A stretch of DNA of 61,876 bases, filler included, from Choristocarpus tenellus KU-1152 (lineage: Eukaryota; Protista; Phaeophyceae): NCBI GenBank assembly GCA_964200185.2. It is 11 parts of 11 records of this genome, joined end to end, with 100 filler letters (N's around TTAATTAATTAA, not from the genome) between each part and the next. Parts side by side here need not be neighbours in the genome. Positions count along the whole stretch, not along the records: positions 13,424 to 17,362 come from CAXNAD020017036.1; positions 17,463 to 21,792 come from CAXNAD020015090.1; positions 21,893 to 29,247 come from CAXNAD020006279.1; 8 more parts are not named here. One strand, 5' to 3'. Every line of letters starts with the position of its first letter. The first letter of the stretch is position 1. Position numbers and translations under genes: made by a program. The notes under the pieces were generated by a model. It was not told where the DNA came from and searched no databases. It saw only the letters and a program-made list of their open reading frames with translations. This document shows, piece after piece, positions 13,734 to 25,904 of the stretch.

Positions 13734-13910
13734 GAGTCAAAATATCTGGGGGGGGGTGGCGGCTGTCCATTTGGAATCAATTTTTTAATATCGCGATATT
13801 TGGGTGATTTGATTCCATACGTCAGATGGATAATGTAAATGCACTTTTTCTGATTTTGGTCAAATGGACACCCTGGTGTAGACCCCCCCCCCCCCCAGAT
13901 ACGTTGGGTC
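13734..13910 (+). mobile_element. MITE family B (~180 bp, poly-G in TIRs), full copy, TSD AAT
   Basis: GAGTCAAAATATCTG9...C14AGATACGTTGGGTC flanked by AAT/AAT. The interior matches the reverse complement of 57215-57401. Confidence 0.88.
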
Positions 13911-13990
13911 AATCGATGAACTATTAGAGTCGGAGTGTTTCTGACGGGTAATAGAAAACCGTTGAGTCATTTGGTATTCTGAGTCATAAA

Positions 13991-16900
13991 TGTTAGGATT
14001 GGTGAGCCCCACCTAGTGCAGGTATCTCACTCTCTTCTCATCTGTGGTACAAGCTAATAAACAAGAATATAACTGGTTGTGTGGGACTATAGATCGTCAA
14101 GGGACAGCTTAACATACTATAGCACCTATTTAAGTGTGCTTGCGTCGTTATTATACTTGGATTTTAGCTATCACCAGGAAGGAGTCAAGATGAACCATGA
14201 TGCCCAGACCAAGAATCGACATAAGTCTAAACTCCGTTGATGACGGAATGGAAGAACTGACTATGACCCGGGGGGGGGATGAGATACATGATGGGACATC
14301 AGCTTCACAAGGGGGCGAGGCTAGGGCTGGGGCAAGAGCTACGGTGGCCATGGGGGCTAGACCCGTATTCACCCCGAAATTGAAACAATATTCTTCAAAA
14401 CAATCTGTGTTTAAGGGGGAACCAGGGACGTGGAGGAAATGGAGCAAAACGTTTCTTATGCACGCTCTCTCATCGGGATAGAGGGAGCCATTAGTTATGA
14501 AGGAGGAGCATTTAAGGGTGCTATCGTTGGAGTATTCCCCGGTGGGTGTGGATCCGTATCTGCACCATGCAACGACGCATGCTATCCATGGACTACAGGA
14601 GGCAACGGCAGGACCTGCGTTGGACATCGTGCTGACGTACGAGTCACCGAGTGAGGCGTTCGCCGCACTGGTGAAGAACTATGCCCATTCAGGCCAGACT
14701 GAGAGAAATCTGGTGAAAAGGCAACTGATGGACATGGTACTGGAACCTGGAAGAGATCCTGCGGACATTATTAGCCGGCAGGAGGCTCTCATAATGGAGT
14801 TGAAGAGCTTGGGAGGTACCGTTACGGAGGAGGATCGAATGGGTTGGCTTCAAAACTCACTCAGCGAGAAGTATTTGGACATCATGTCCCAGATAGATGA
14901 TGAAGAATCGGCGGAAGGAATGATTAAATTGGAAGATTAGTCCAAAAAAGACATAGATTGCGCTCCATTCAAAGAGGATCGGACTCCGCTGGGGTGAGAG
15001 CTGGCGCACTGGTGGCTGGACGACAATCCAGACGAAAAGGTGGACAACCCAGCTGCTGGGAATGTTGTGGACCTCACTTTCGGTCTAAGTGTTCTCTAAT
15101 CAAGAGTCAGAAGGCGAGGGATGGGGGTATTACATGTATTGTGTGCGGGGAAAAGGAACATCAAAGCTTCGAATGTCCACAAAGAAAATTGGGAGCGTCA
15201 AGGGGTCAGGAATCTTCGAACATCCAGAAGAACAAGAATCGGATGGGGGGGAATGGTTCTAAGAACAAGGGAGGCGGACCAAAGTTGGATGGATCTGGCG
15301 AAGGACAACCGAGACTGACGGGGATTGAGTTATCTTGCTAGTAAGGTAAAATCACTTCCTTTCAAGAGGGCGTCATGGGTTGAGGTTTGGATTTGGGACA
15401 GTGGAGCCACGCATAATTCTATGACGACCAATAAAAACATGTATAATTGGGAATCTTGTGATGGAACAGTTGCAGTTGGAGGTGGTGGAACACTTAACAT
15501 TGTGGGAAAGGGGGACATCAAATTGGAATATGTTCTTAGTGGTAAACTGGAAACTGTGGTGTTTACTAACGTACTTGTGGTGCCTGATCTTGGTGTGAAC
15601 TTATATTCTGCCAAGGCTTGTATGTGAGATGGACACAGTTTCTGGTCTATTGACTACACTAGAATATCAACTTTTAGGGGCAGCGGGGAAAGAAATCTCA
15701 CCTTCACGTCATTGTGGGAGGAGGAATTATTCTCCCTAGGGATACGCAGAGTGGGTGTGAGGAATGGATCCGATTCTACTAATGTCCCTACCACTGATGC
15801 AACGTCCGTTTCTGGCAAACCAATAATTAACTTGGTCCGGAAAACTGCGTCGAGGGATGTGAATGAGCTGCACACGCGATTAGGTGATGTTCATCAGGGG
15901 TTGGACAGGAAAGATTCTTCGGCGCAGAACATTTTATTAACTGGAACATGGGAGCTATCTTGTCGAGGTTGCCCACTCGGCAAGTGTCATAGGCATCCAA
16001 TTCCACAGGAGATGGAGAATCCTGCCTAGGTAAAGGGGGAGGATGTTTATGTGGACTCGACTGGAATGAACGCAACGTCAGAGGAGGAGGTTGTGATATG
16101 TGATGATCTCGCCCAGGAGGGGGCTAGAGGAGTCGATTTCGCACAGAATGAGACCAGAGGTATCGACCTAACCCACGCTGGGGCTAGAGATGTGTCGATC
16201 TCACTCAAGAGGGGAGTGGAGGCGATGTCGATTGTGGAGGATCGATGTTTGACACTACTATATCCGTGGATGATACTGTAGCGAAGTGGACGCTTTCCCC
16301 TGAGGGGGTTGAAGTGAATGTCATAGTCCCAGGAAGGATTGTTGGAGGGGAGGGACCCACTCCAAAGATTGCACGGGAAGTTATTGATCCAGAAGGGTCA
16401 ACAAGTTCGAATGCAGAATTAGAGTCCCCACATATGGATTTTGGGGTAGGGCGTTTGATGGCTGAGAATGTTGAAGCAGGTCTGAGTTGGACTATGGATG
16501 AGTCCAGTCAAAATGCTTCTAAGAACGCTCTGCTAAGTCCTGTGGTAGCAGGAAATGCAATAGGGGTGATGGAGAAAAAGGATTTAGATGAACGGTCGAA
16601 CACTGACATTGACAGTATGGACCCAGTGTCACAGCAGGGGAGTGTGAGGAACAAAATGCTCCGACATGTGGATCCAAGTAATGGCCGTACATCTGAACTG
16701 GGCGAACTAATGGAGGAGTTACCTAGAATTGAGCGGGAATTGAAAATGCGAGAGGCAATGAAATAAGAAGAGTGGTCTTTGTGGAATGAGACTGTAGACG
16801 AGGAAATGGGCATACAAAACAGACATTCAAAGACTCAGTTTACTTACTCATTAAGGTTGGACTACATTTTCGACCGGGGCAGACGGATGAAAAAGGGAGA

Positions 16901-17362
16901 GTTCAGAGGTCCAAGGAGGGAGTAGGACGATTGCAAGGAGAAAGGGAATGGAGCAGGAGGGACCTGTTCCAGACAACTACAGATCTGTGATTGGTGGTAT
17001 GTAAATGTGGGTATCAATCATGACAAGATCTGATGCAACATCTGCAGTAAGGAGCCTAGCAATGATATGTGTAAACCCTACGGTGACAGATTCGAAGGGG
17101 GCTGAAAGAGTTATTGTGCATCTGTTGACGACAAGCAGTAGAGGATTTGACCTATGGTGAATTTTTTTTTACGGGAATGCACCCAGGGACCAAATCATTG
17201 GCTATGCTGATGCTGATTACGCCAATTGTGTGATTTAAATATTTTCTGTGTCTGGTGGCGTGGTAATGTATGGGGGTGCATGTGCGAGCTGTGCAAATTA
17301 CCTTGGGAGGTAATGCTATTTCTCAGTAGTGAAGATAAGAAGGTGTGAAGCCTCACACGACC
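13991..17362 (+). mobile_element. Degenerate, internally deleted Ty1/copia LTR retrotransposon (gag, zinc knuckles, protease, GAG-pre-integrase, RT/RNase H remnants); truncated by contig end
   Basis: Gag-like frames span 14197-14940. Knuckles CWECCGPHFRSKC and CIVCGEKEHQSFEC, protease WIWDSGATH, pre-integrase LHTRLG...CRGCPLGK, RT end TRSDATSAVRSLA and RNase H IGYADADYANC...SVSGG occur in copia domain order with several stops and frameshifts. The 5' LTR start TGTTAG at 13991 is tentative. Confidence 0.9.
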
Positions 17363-17462
17363 NNNNNNNNNNNNNNNNNNNNNNNNNNNNNNNNNNNNNN
17401 NNNNNNTTAATTAATTAANNNNNNNNNNNNNNNNNNNNNNNNNNNNNNNNNNNNNNNNNNNN

Positions 17463-17535
17463 ACCAAAAAGTGAAAATCGAAAAAAGAGTGAAAAACGGA
17501 CGCCGACACCCCCCGCCCCCCAGATACTTTAATCC
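17463..17535 (-). mobile_element. MITE family C end (GGGTCAAAGTATCT-polyG-GTCGGCGTCCGTTTTTCAC); other ends at 21724-21792, 45676-45719 and probably 9708-9726
   Basis: The same terminal sequence occurs at several contig ends and shares the AAAGTATCT core with families A and B. Confidence 0.75.
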
Positions 17536-17643
17536 ACTTGTTTTTTTTACTTCTTCCACATATTCACTAAGATGAAAAAAAAAACTCCACCTAAAATAGC
17601 GAGTCTCCAGCATAATATCCTTGGGTTATGGATGTATCGCACC

Positions 17644-17680
<37 letters not shown>

Positions 17681-18553
17681 GTGGCCCCTATGGAGTTCTG
17701 TTACTCCAGGCCATGCCTTCCACAAACTTTATACCTCATTTCCTAGCTACACACTCACTGTATTCCCGACCCTGGTGGTTCCCTCATCTTTCATTGGTAC
17801 CTCCACAGAGTGGACATGCACCATGCCTCACATCAGCTTTTCTCATATATTTATTATTATGTACTACTTGATGATATGAGTTAGAAACCTTTGTACAAAG
17901 CGCCTTTATGGAAAGGCTTGGGCTGGTTTGATGAGCATTATCCAGTTCTCTCCTTCGCCCCCGCACGATCCTCTCGCAAACTATGCGGCCAAATCAGCAT
18001 CTTCAGTCACCAACCAAAGCAGTGTGTATCTATTGCGATTTGATAATATTTTCGATGATGATATGTGTGTGGTGGTGATACCTTTATCATAAGTCAGTCA
18101 GTGGTAGAGAGAGCATCACCTTCCGTCATAGGATTACGGGTTTTAATTGTTTGCCCACAAACCTTTTGAGGTAAAAAGATGTGTGTTGGGGAAAGAAAGA
18201 AAGTCATGTGAGTGGATATTTTGACTTGACAGTTTTAAAAAGCGAAAATTTGGCTTGCTGTAAGTGACTCCTTCCTGCGGAATTTGTGCTTTGAAAGATA
18301 GATGGCTTCCAAGGAATTGCCCAGGAAACGGAGGTTCGGGATACTACACGGCCTGCAATACTGTTTGTATCCGACTACAACAGCACGAAGGCCCAGCCAA
18401 TGATCTCCTCCCCTTCCGCAACCCTGATTTGAGAGGCGCAAGAGATATAGGTACTAGCAACCGCAAAGTTGGGCATCAAGGGATCTCTCTCTTTTCTCTC
18501 TTCTCGGCATAGATACTGCTCTGATATATTCAAGATAGTTTTTTACATTGATC

Positions 18554-18926
18554 ATGACTGGCAAACTGGAGGGCAAGGTGGCACTCATAACCGCTGCATC
18601 CAGTGGCAACGCTGTCAGCCTCGAATTTGCTTGTCAGGGTGCAAAGGTTAGTATGCTTCCAACTATTGCACATACTACTGTGGTGAGGTGGCACGATACA
18701 AATTATCATCCATTCGTTCATGGCAGAGCTAACTCTTTGTTCAAGTTCGGTCATACGACACCAACACCCCTTCGCCCTGCACAATTGAAGTTGGCGCATT
18801 CACCCTTGGATATCCTTTCCAGGTACTTCTGACAGCTCAGGGCGAGGAGAGAGGCTTCTAGTAGTGGCCGAGGAGATCAGAGCAGGGGGTGGGGAAGTAG
18901 CCGTTGTAACCATCGACGTGTCGAAG
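18554..18926 (+). pseudogene. Short-chain dehydrogenase/reductase (classical SDR) pseudogene fragment; exons 18554-18646 and 18823-18926
   Basis: MTGKLEGKVALITAASSGNAVSLEFACQGAK has a broken TGxxxGIG motif. Exon 2, VLLTAQGEERG/LVVAEEIRAGGGEVAVVTIDVSK, needs a frameshift, and no later exons were found. Confidence 0.7.
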
Positions 18927-19379
18927 GTGTGTTCATATAAGAAGACAACAGACGATCAGTCTACTACTAATACACGTATGTCATTATTTGCCCTAAAAAA
19001 ATAAAGTGTCATAAATGTTAAAAAAATAAATATATATATATATATATATATATAAAACACTGTAAGTGTGAAAACCACCACTAATCTATCAGCTACTTCA
19101 CCATTATCATATTGTACTACCATCTTCCTATGCTTCCTATCTACCTACTCCTGCGCCCTGGGGGGTGTAGCTAGGGAGGCATCCCAAGAATCCAACAAAC
19201 CCCTCCGTGCTCATCTCCCTCGTGACTGTAGTTTAAAGCGCATGACACGTCGAGACAATGCCACTTGTGTAGTCACTGAAACAATACATATATCCTGAAA
19301 AATTACATCACATGATGTATTAAAATAAACGGTATTATGTACCGAAGCAGATTGTGCAAGGTCTTCGCTTCTGAGGCTG

Positions 19380-19510
19380 ATTATTTTATTATTATGCCCT
19401 CTAACATTTTGCAGATGTGTCAGGGGGAAAACAAATTAAAACTATACATATGTCAGTATATGCCCTAAAAAAATGAAATATCATAAATGTGAAAAACACC
19501 ATAATCATTG
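19380..19510 (+). repeat. AT-rich dispersed repeat; reverse-complement copies at ~49415-49525 and ~56690-56865, partial copy ~18975-19085
   Basis: The copies share the core ATGCCCTCT(A/G)ACATTTTG(C/T)AGATGT(G/A)TCAGGG. Confidence 0.7.
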
Positions 19511-19662
19511 ATTATCTTGTGTGAATAGCTGGCAAAAAAGGGACTTTCCCCTCAACACAATTATACGTTGGCATTTTGTGTACGCTCAACCAACTCACTG
19601 TATTTGTGATGGGTAGAAACGACTCATTGGTGTCAAGGCCGTTAATGTTTCTCTATTGTTCA

Positions 19663-19922
19663 GAGCCAAAGTATCTTAGAGGGTGGAGCCGCGTCCATTT
19701 GGGAGTCAAAATCCAGTATTGCGATTTTGATGTAAATTTTGGCTATCGGGTTTGTTAGGGAGTGTCAATATCTATGTTTTGGATACACCTTTTCATAACG
19801 TATACATTTTACCTACTCGAAAACATTTTGGAGTAGGAAAATGTCATTAAAAAACCCATGGGAAGCCAAGTTCCAAATGGACAAACAGGGCAAAACTCGT
19901 ACCCTCTAAGATACTTTCACTC
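19663..19922 (+). mobile_element. MITE family A, full copy, TSD TCA
   Basis: GAGCCAAAGTATCTTAGAGGGT...ACCCTCTAAGATACTTTCACTC flanked by TCA/TCA. Confidence 0.92.
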
Positions 19923-21059
19923 TCAGGAAGTTGCTATTGGAGCTGACTCGCTCCACCTACCACATTCGTCTCTCCATTGTCCCATCTGAGCACCATCATT
20001 ATTATTACTACTATTGCACAGCAAAGCGAAGCATTTTAGTACTAATTTCTTAGTGTGAAGTTTCAATGTAGCAATACCACAATTTGAGAAGAACGGTAGG
20101 TGGTTCCAATTACGGTTGTAATTTTCTTCATATGCACAAAGTCCTGGACAATGTATGTTATCATAACTTTGTTACTGCCCCCATTGCAACACAAACACAA
20201 AAATAGTAGTAATCATAAAATTGTACTATTTAATTGGACTTGAATGAGGAGTAAGAGGAGCGACGAGAATATTTTTACATTATGCTATCTATGAAGATGT
20301 TCGATGCGAAGATATTTGTTTGACCGGCAAATTCTCAGTACTACTGTTGTTTCCGAGAACTGGCAACACACACTATGTATCAAACCCAACAAATGAACGC
20401 CTTCAGTCGTTGATAGATTTTTTGCCCATAATTTCAACGACTTAATCAAACATTCGACCCTCCTCTATCGCATTATTTGCTGATATAGATACCTATCACA
20501 CAAAACAAAGGTATGTTCTTCACTCAATGTAGAACCTACCATTGATTGGTAACCGACTCAAAACCACAAAAATATACAGACTTTTCAACTTTAACCTTCT
20601 TCTCTCCCTTTCACACCATACCTCTTACCTACTCTATTTTAATCTCTGGCTTTGTGTTGGTATGTGTATCTAGTTTTGTGGCCCGTTGAGGATGAAGAGC
20701 ACCTCTTCTATGTGGGCTAAACATTTGTACCATTGTTTTTCATATTAACTCTGGAGTAATTAAGGAGTATTTAATTTAAAACAACCAGTATCCCTTAGAG
20801 GGAGTTTGAATTAACAATCAATTTCTTTTGTGATGCTACAAATTGATTCTGCTTGACCCTTGGAAGGTGTGTGTCAAAGGTATAGACTTTATTCTTACAA
20901 ATCCCCACCTACAAAGAGTATATACCTTTCATTACACTTCTGCGTGCATTAGTTTCTAACCCAAGAGACCAGAGTGGTTAGTATCGATTTTTGTAGCGAA
21001 ACTACCTACTCCATATAAGAACAAGGAATAATTAATATCAATCAACAACAGGCTTGCAC

Positions 21060-21720
21060 TGACGACATGCAGACCCAAACCAAGAACGGTAAAGGGCACA
21101 TCATATAAATCTCTCAGGAGACTTGCCACTCATTCCAACGCAAACAAAACAAGGGAAGAGAAGTGAAGCAAGCGCTGTTTTTTGTCTGTCTTTTGTACTG
21201 TCTTCCGTTATTGGAATGGAAACAACAACCAAATGATTTCAGTATTACTTTGCGCTGATAGTTGACTCCAACACAACCTATAAAATAAGAATTCACAGAT
21301 GATGTATAGGTTATTGCACCACATCTCTAGACTGTCGCGTTTAGCCTGTCAACAGACTAGTGGTCATGCGGCAGGGACATACTCATACACGTAGACCAAT
21401 AGCAACATGTATGTTCATACCACTGGATAGTACATGTGTATTATTCCATCGCATTACTGTAAGGAGTGGATAGCTGAGTCGAGCGAAAACATGAACAATA
21501 CGAACACTGGGTCAAATGAATATCGCTTCTTCTCGATATATTGGTAGAGAAATTCAATAATAGACTTGGTGATTTTGGTAGATGTTAGCCTACAAACAGA
21601 GTGCGTGGGTGCAGTACTACAGTGGGTTATTGGATACTTGTCGAGCCGTGGTAAGAAGCTCTTACTCCTAATTTATACTTGGAAATATTACGCTATTTTT
21701 CTCAAGTCTTTCTCATTGTG
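21060..21720 (-). mobile_element. Decayed non-LTR retrotransposon 3' region (CCHC knuckle plus restriction-like endonuclease)
   Basis: Frame-broken fragments occur in order: CSYC...DSAIHSLQ*C, IQWYE (possibly a C>T-decayed RHN), ILKSFGCC, ...EWQV, VPFTVLGLG. Confidence 0.35.
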
Positions 21721-22012
21721 ACTGGGTCAAAGTATCTTGGGGAGGGGTGTCGGCGTCCGTTTTTCACCCTTTTTTCGATTTTCACCCTTTTGNNNNNNNN
21801 NNNNNNNNNNNNNNNNNNNNNNNNNNNNNNNNNNNNTTAATTAATTAANNNNNNNNNNNNNNNNNNNNNNNNNNNNNNNNNNNNNNNNNNNNTTGTTTGG
21901 CGCACTGCCCAACTCATCCCCCCCCCCCCCCCCTTCTTCCCACATACACACTCTACCTTCCCGCTTGCTCCCCCTGTCCCCCAAACCCTTCATAAAATCT
22001 CCTGGGGGGCAG

Positions 22013-22286
22013 TATTCACCTCAACAAGGTGATGAAGTTCACCATGTGCAGTGTGGACCATGCTATATGTGTAAGCAACACTTGTCGAGAGAACCTTGTT
22101 GTGCGGGCGGCTCTGCCCCCCGAGCGCATCTCCACCATCCCCAATGCCATCGACCCCTCCAAGTTCACGCCGGACCCATCAGCACGGTTTCCCAAGGGAA
22201 CCATCAATGTCGTCATCATGAGCCGACTTGTCTATCGCAAGGGGATAGACCTCGTCGCCCCTGTTGTAAAGGTGAGCACCAATAGG

Positions 22287-22331
<45 letters not shown>

Positions 22332-25300
22332 AAGTATTACAGTGTAATGAGTGAAGGAGTACACCTCAGATTTTTTCCAGGCCCTCGCTCGATGGCACCA
22401 CATCTGCAGATAATGTGCGAACGCTACCCCAACCTCCACTTCATTATCGGAGGAGATGGGCCCAAGCGTCTGCTGCTGGAGGAAATGAGAGAGAAGCACC
22501 AGCTCCACGATCGCATCGAGATGCTTGGGGCCGTACCCCATGCCTGTGTCCGCAGTGTACTGGTGCGGGGACACATATTCCTGAACTGCAGTCTGACTGA
22601 ATCGTTCTGCATTGCCATTCTGGAGGCAGCAAGGTGCTGCTATATTGTTAGTGCTGAATGCAAGAAGTGGTGGTGGTGGTGATGGTAGCACATATTGATA
22701 GATAGATGCCTGTGTATGTTGGTGATCGATTGATGTGTTAAAAAAACGTTTCTTCCTGTGGATTGCATTGGTGGTCATTGCAGGCCTTGTATATATATAC
22801 ATATATATATATATTCAGTATGTCTTGAATTATTTTTTTTTCAGGGAGGGGTTAGTGTTAGGGTTATAGACAGTTTAACAATAAATTTGAAAGAAATAGG
22901 GGTATGTGTGCTTGTGAGGGAGTAAAATAGTTGTTCGATGTCGAGTTTTTTGAACCTGAATACGTTGTGGTGTTGTGTTTATCTATGTTTCGTTCGTAGG
23001 AAGGGGTGCTCATGGGGAGAGGTTGAAGGGTGGTCTTGAATGCATTGCCTGTTGCGTTGTGGTATTGTGGTGAGGTATGCTCTGCTCAACAGACACTTGT
23101 GGGTCAAGCTGTATCATCTATGCTCACAAACAAGCACAAAAAACTTGGGAGTGTTGCATAGTGTATGAAGTCCAAAATATGTATGGGGAGCAGGCGTTAC
23201 ATATATATATATATATATTTGTGCAAGGCATTGCCCAGATTTGAGTCTTTGGTCAGGAAAAATGCTCCGTACTATATTTTTTCAGTCCCTTAACTTACCC
23301 CTGGGGGCTGTTCAGTCAAAAGAACGAGATGTTCTGGTCTGAGAATCTGACAGTGGAAAGTGCCAAATGGGCGTTGATGAAGGATGAGGTTTCAAGATAA
23401 TGGTAGAGTCGTGTCTGTTTTGATTCTTCTGTGCAGGATTTAAAAGGCATCCTCCAGAACTTTTTCTCATTTCCAGTTCATCCCGAAATGTCTGTAGGGA
23501 AGGAGAAGCACGCCTCCAGTACAAACAAACACCCTATTGGTACGTAAACACCCATAGCAGAGAAGAGCAGACTATTTGGACCAAATATATGAAGCAGAGG
23601 ACTGTGTTTCCTATACCATTCATACAGTACTATGGACTTACACTACTCTAGAGACAGCAGCATAGGTCCCTTGCCCTCCACTTGTTGCTTGTGTTTGTTT
23701 TGGTCACAACATGTAGTCACTCTATCAAAAGCTGTGTGGATTTCCATAGTTCCTCTTAATCTCGTAAGGCTTCATTCCATGCTCAAATCAGTACAGTTTA
23801 TTCTAGTAGCCATATTCATCCGTTTGTCCAACGCTGGAGTAAGTCAACCAACCACTGTTTGCTTCTTCTAAGACTCCCTATTTCCGTCTCTAGTCCTTGT
23901 TCTTTTTTATGCTTCTTTTTTATGCTTCTTTAAAAAAAAAAAAAAAAACACTCTTGATGCTCTTTGCTTTGCTGCCTTGGTAAGCTGTGGTCTTATTGTG
24001 GTTAGTACTGCTGTGGGAGGTGTCCCAGAAGTCCTTCCTCACCCCATGATCAAGTTTGCTCAGCCTTCGGTGCGAGACCTCACTGACGCCTTGGCAGACG
24101 CCATTCCAATATCTAGGAAGGTGGTACCAAGTGAGATTCATGCCAGGGTGAGAAGGAGCGTTGGTTGTGTTAAGGTTTGATGTGTTTGTGTATCTATATT
24201 TTGAGTTTATATTGAAGTGGGGATGAATGTGTGTTATGTGTATTATGTGGGGGGGGGGGGGGGGGGGTGGGGTGGGTGTTTGGAAGGAGGTTTTTTTTTT
24301 TTTTTTTTTTTGTTTGGGTTGTGTTNNNNNNNNNNGGTGTTGGGGGTTATGGATTGGATTGTGTATAGGAAGTATTATTTTCTTATGCATTTGTTCAGTG
24401 GACGTTCCAATGTATCCCCTTAGTTAATTTTTTGAAAAGGAAGATAAAGAGATGATTTTAGTAACAGTTCAAACGAAGCAATTTTCCACCTAAGCTGTGT
24501 ACTAAACAATCTGTAGGTAGATTTAGTTTTGAATTTCGTATTGCAAATGGTCTGGCACTCTGGAGTGCTTTAAACATGTCAGTCATACAGGCCTTGGATG
24601 TAGACATTTTTACTGAATCAGAATCTGACTGTTTTGTCCCATGCCTCCCTAACCCCCCCTCTCCCCTGCAAGCGATTGATCTCCTTCCCTACATGCATGC
24701 GTATCTATGCCCCCAATTATAAGTCTCGATGTTTTTGCCCCCTCTGCTACCTGTATGTACTACTCCAACGTATAACATCTCTAATACTAGTGCTTCTCTT
24801 TTTTTTGCATTTCTTTTTTTGTGATAGTAGGTGCAGGGCATGTATAGCTGGGAGGACGTTGCCGCAAGGACAGAAAAGGCGTATGAACGGGCTGGTAGGG
24901 TACCACACCCTAGCCTCAGCCGACGGTTCCAGGTATGTGGTTACTTGTGCTCATTGATCCATGGTACTTTCAAAGTGAGGTTTATGAACCGTCTCGACAA
25001 TCCAGCGTGAGGATTGTCTTTTGGAGGAGAGGTGTATCGTGGGGGTGTACTGTGTGATGGAGGCAATTGCGTATTAGAATGGTCTGAGAAATGGAGATGA
25101 GGTGTTGGTTGAAGGTGCATAAAGACCTCCAACAAGAATGGCCACTTGAGCTCTCTCTGTCTTAGGGAGATTTGAGTTGGTTCATCTTGGCTGTTTAATT
25201 TTGTTTCAGCCGAGAAGAATTGTTACATGATGCAGGAGGTGTTTGTTGTCGCTCGTACCTCTCTGCTTGAGAACAATGCTTGTGCTTATTTATTTACTAT

Positions 25301-25904
25301 AGATGTTTATGGCACTACAGGCGTAGTAAAACAGAGAGGTGTAGAATGTATTGGTGTAAATGTTTTTTTTATCGGAGGTTGTTCCAAAGGATGCCTCGTC
25401 GTTGGTATGAAACCAATGTCCAACGAAGCTTGCATATTTGCCAAATAAAGGTATACGGGTTTATATGTGTGTTGTGTGAAGAAAGACCTTCTGTGTGTAT
25501 CACCAAAGCTTGTCCCAAGTTGTTGAGGAAGCAAGAGTGCATTGCTCCGTGTCAAATCTATAATAAATACCTTTATTATTATATATTATTATACTCTTTT
25601 TTCAATGAACGCCAGAACACACTCAAACACATCTTGTGTGCTTCTTCCCCAACACCCCCCCCACACAAACACCCTCCCAATGGAAACACAGTCATACAGA
25701 AGGGTGGGATTCTTTGGACAAGCTGTTGCATGTTTTGTTGCCGCCTTGCTCCATCTGCTGTGGCGCCTCCTGGAGAGGCTCTGGCCTCTGGAGACAGTGG
25801 AGCTGGCACCCGACTTTCTCAGTCATCGCCTAGGTGGTGGGGGTGGGCAGCAGGCTGGGAAGGCAAGAAAGAAACATACGGGGTACTACAAAATCATCTT
25901 GTGA
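22013..25904 (+). CDS. PIGA: Phosphatidylinositol N-acetylglucosaminyltransferase subunit A (PIG-A/GPI3), 3' part; exons 22013-22271, 22410-22633, 23985-24147, 24831-24932, 25692-25904
   Basis: Motifs [76 protein letters not shown] and [12 protein letters not shown], plus a C-terminal TM segment. Splice phases are consistent. Confidence 0.96.
22288..22329 (+). repeat. (GT)n microsatellite in PIG-A intron
   Basis: About 21 GT units seen directly. Confidence 0.95.

Noticed and set aside
13734-13910. Family B MITE as the copia LTR
   Set aside because: It has TIRs, its own TSD and independent copies elsewhere.
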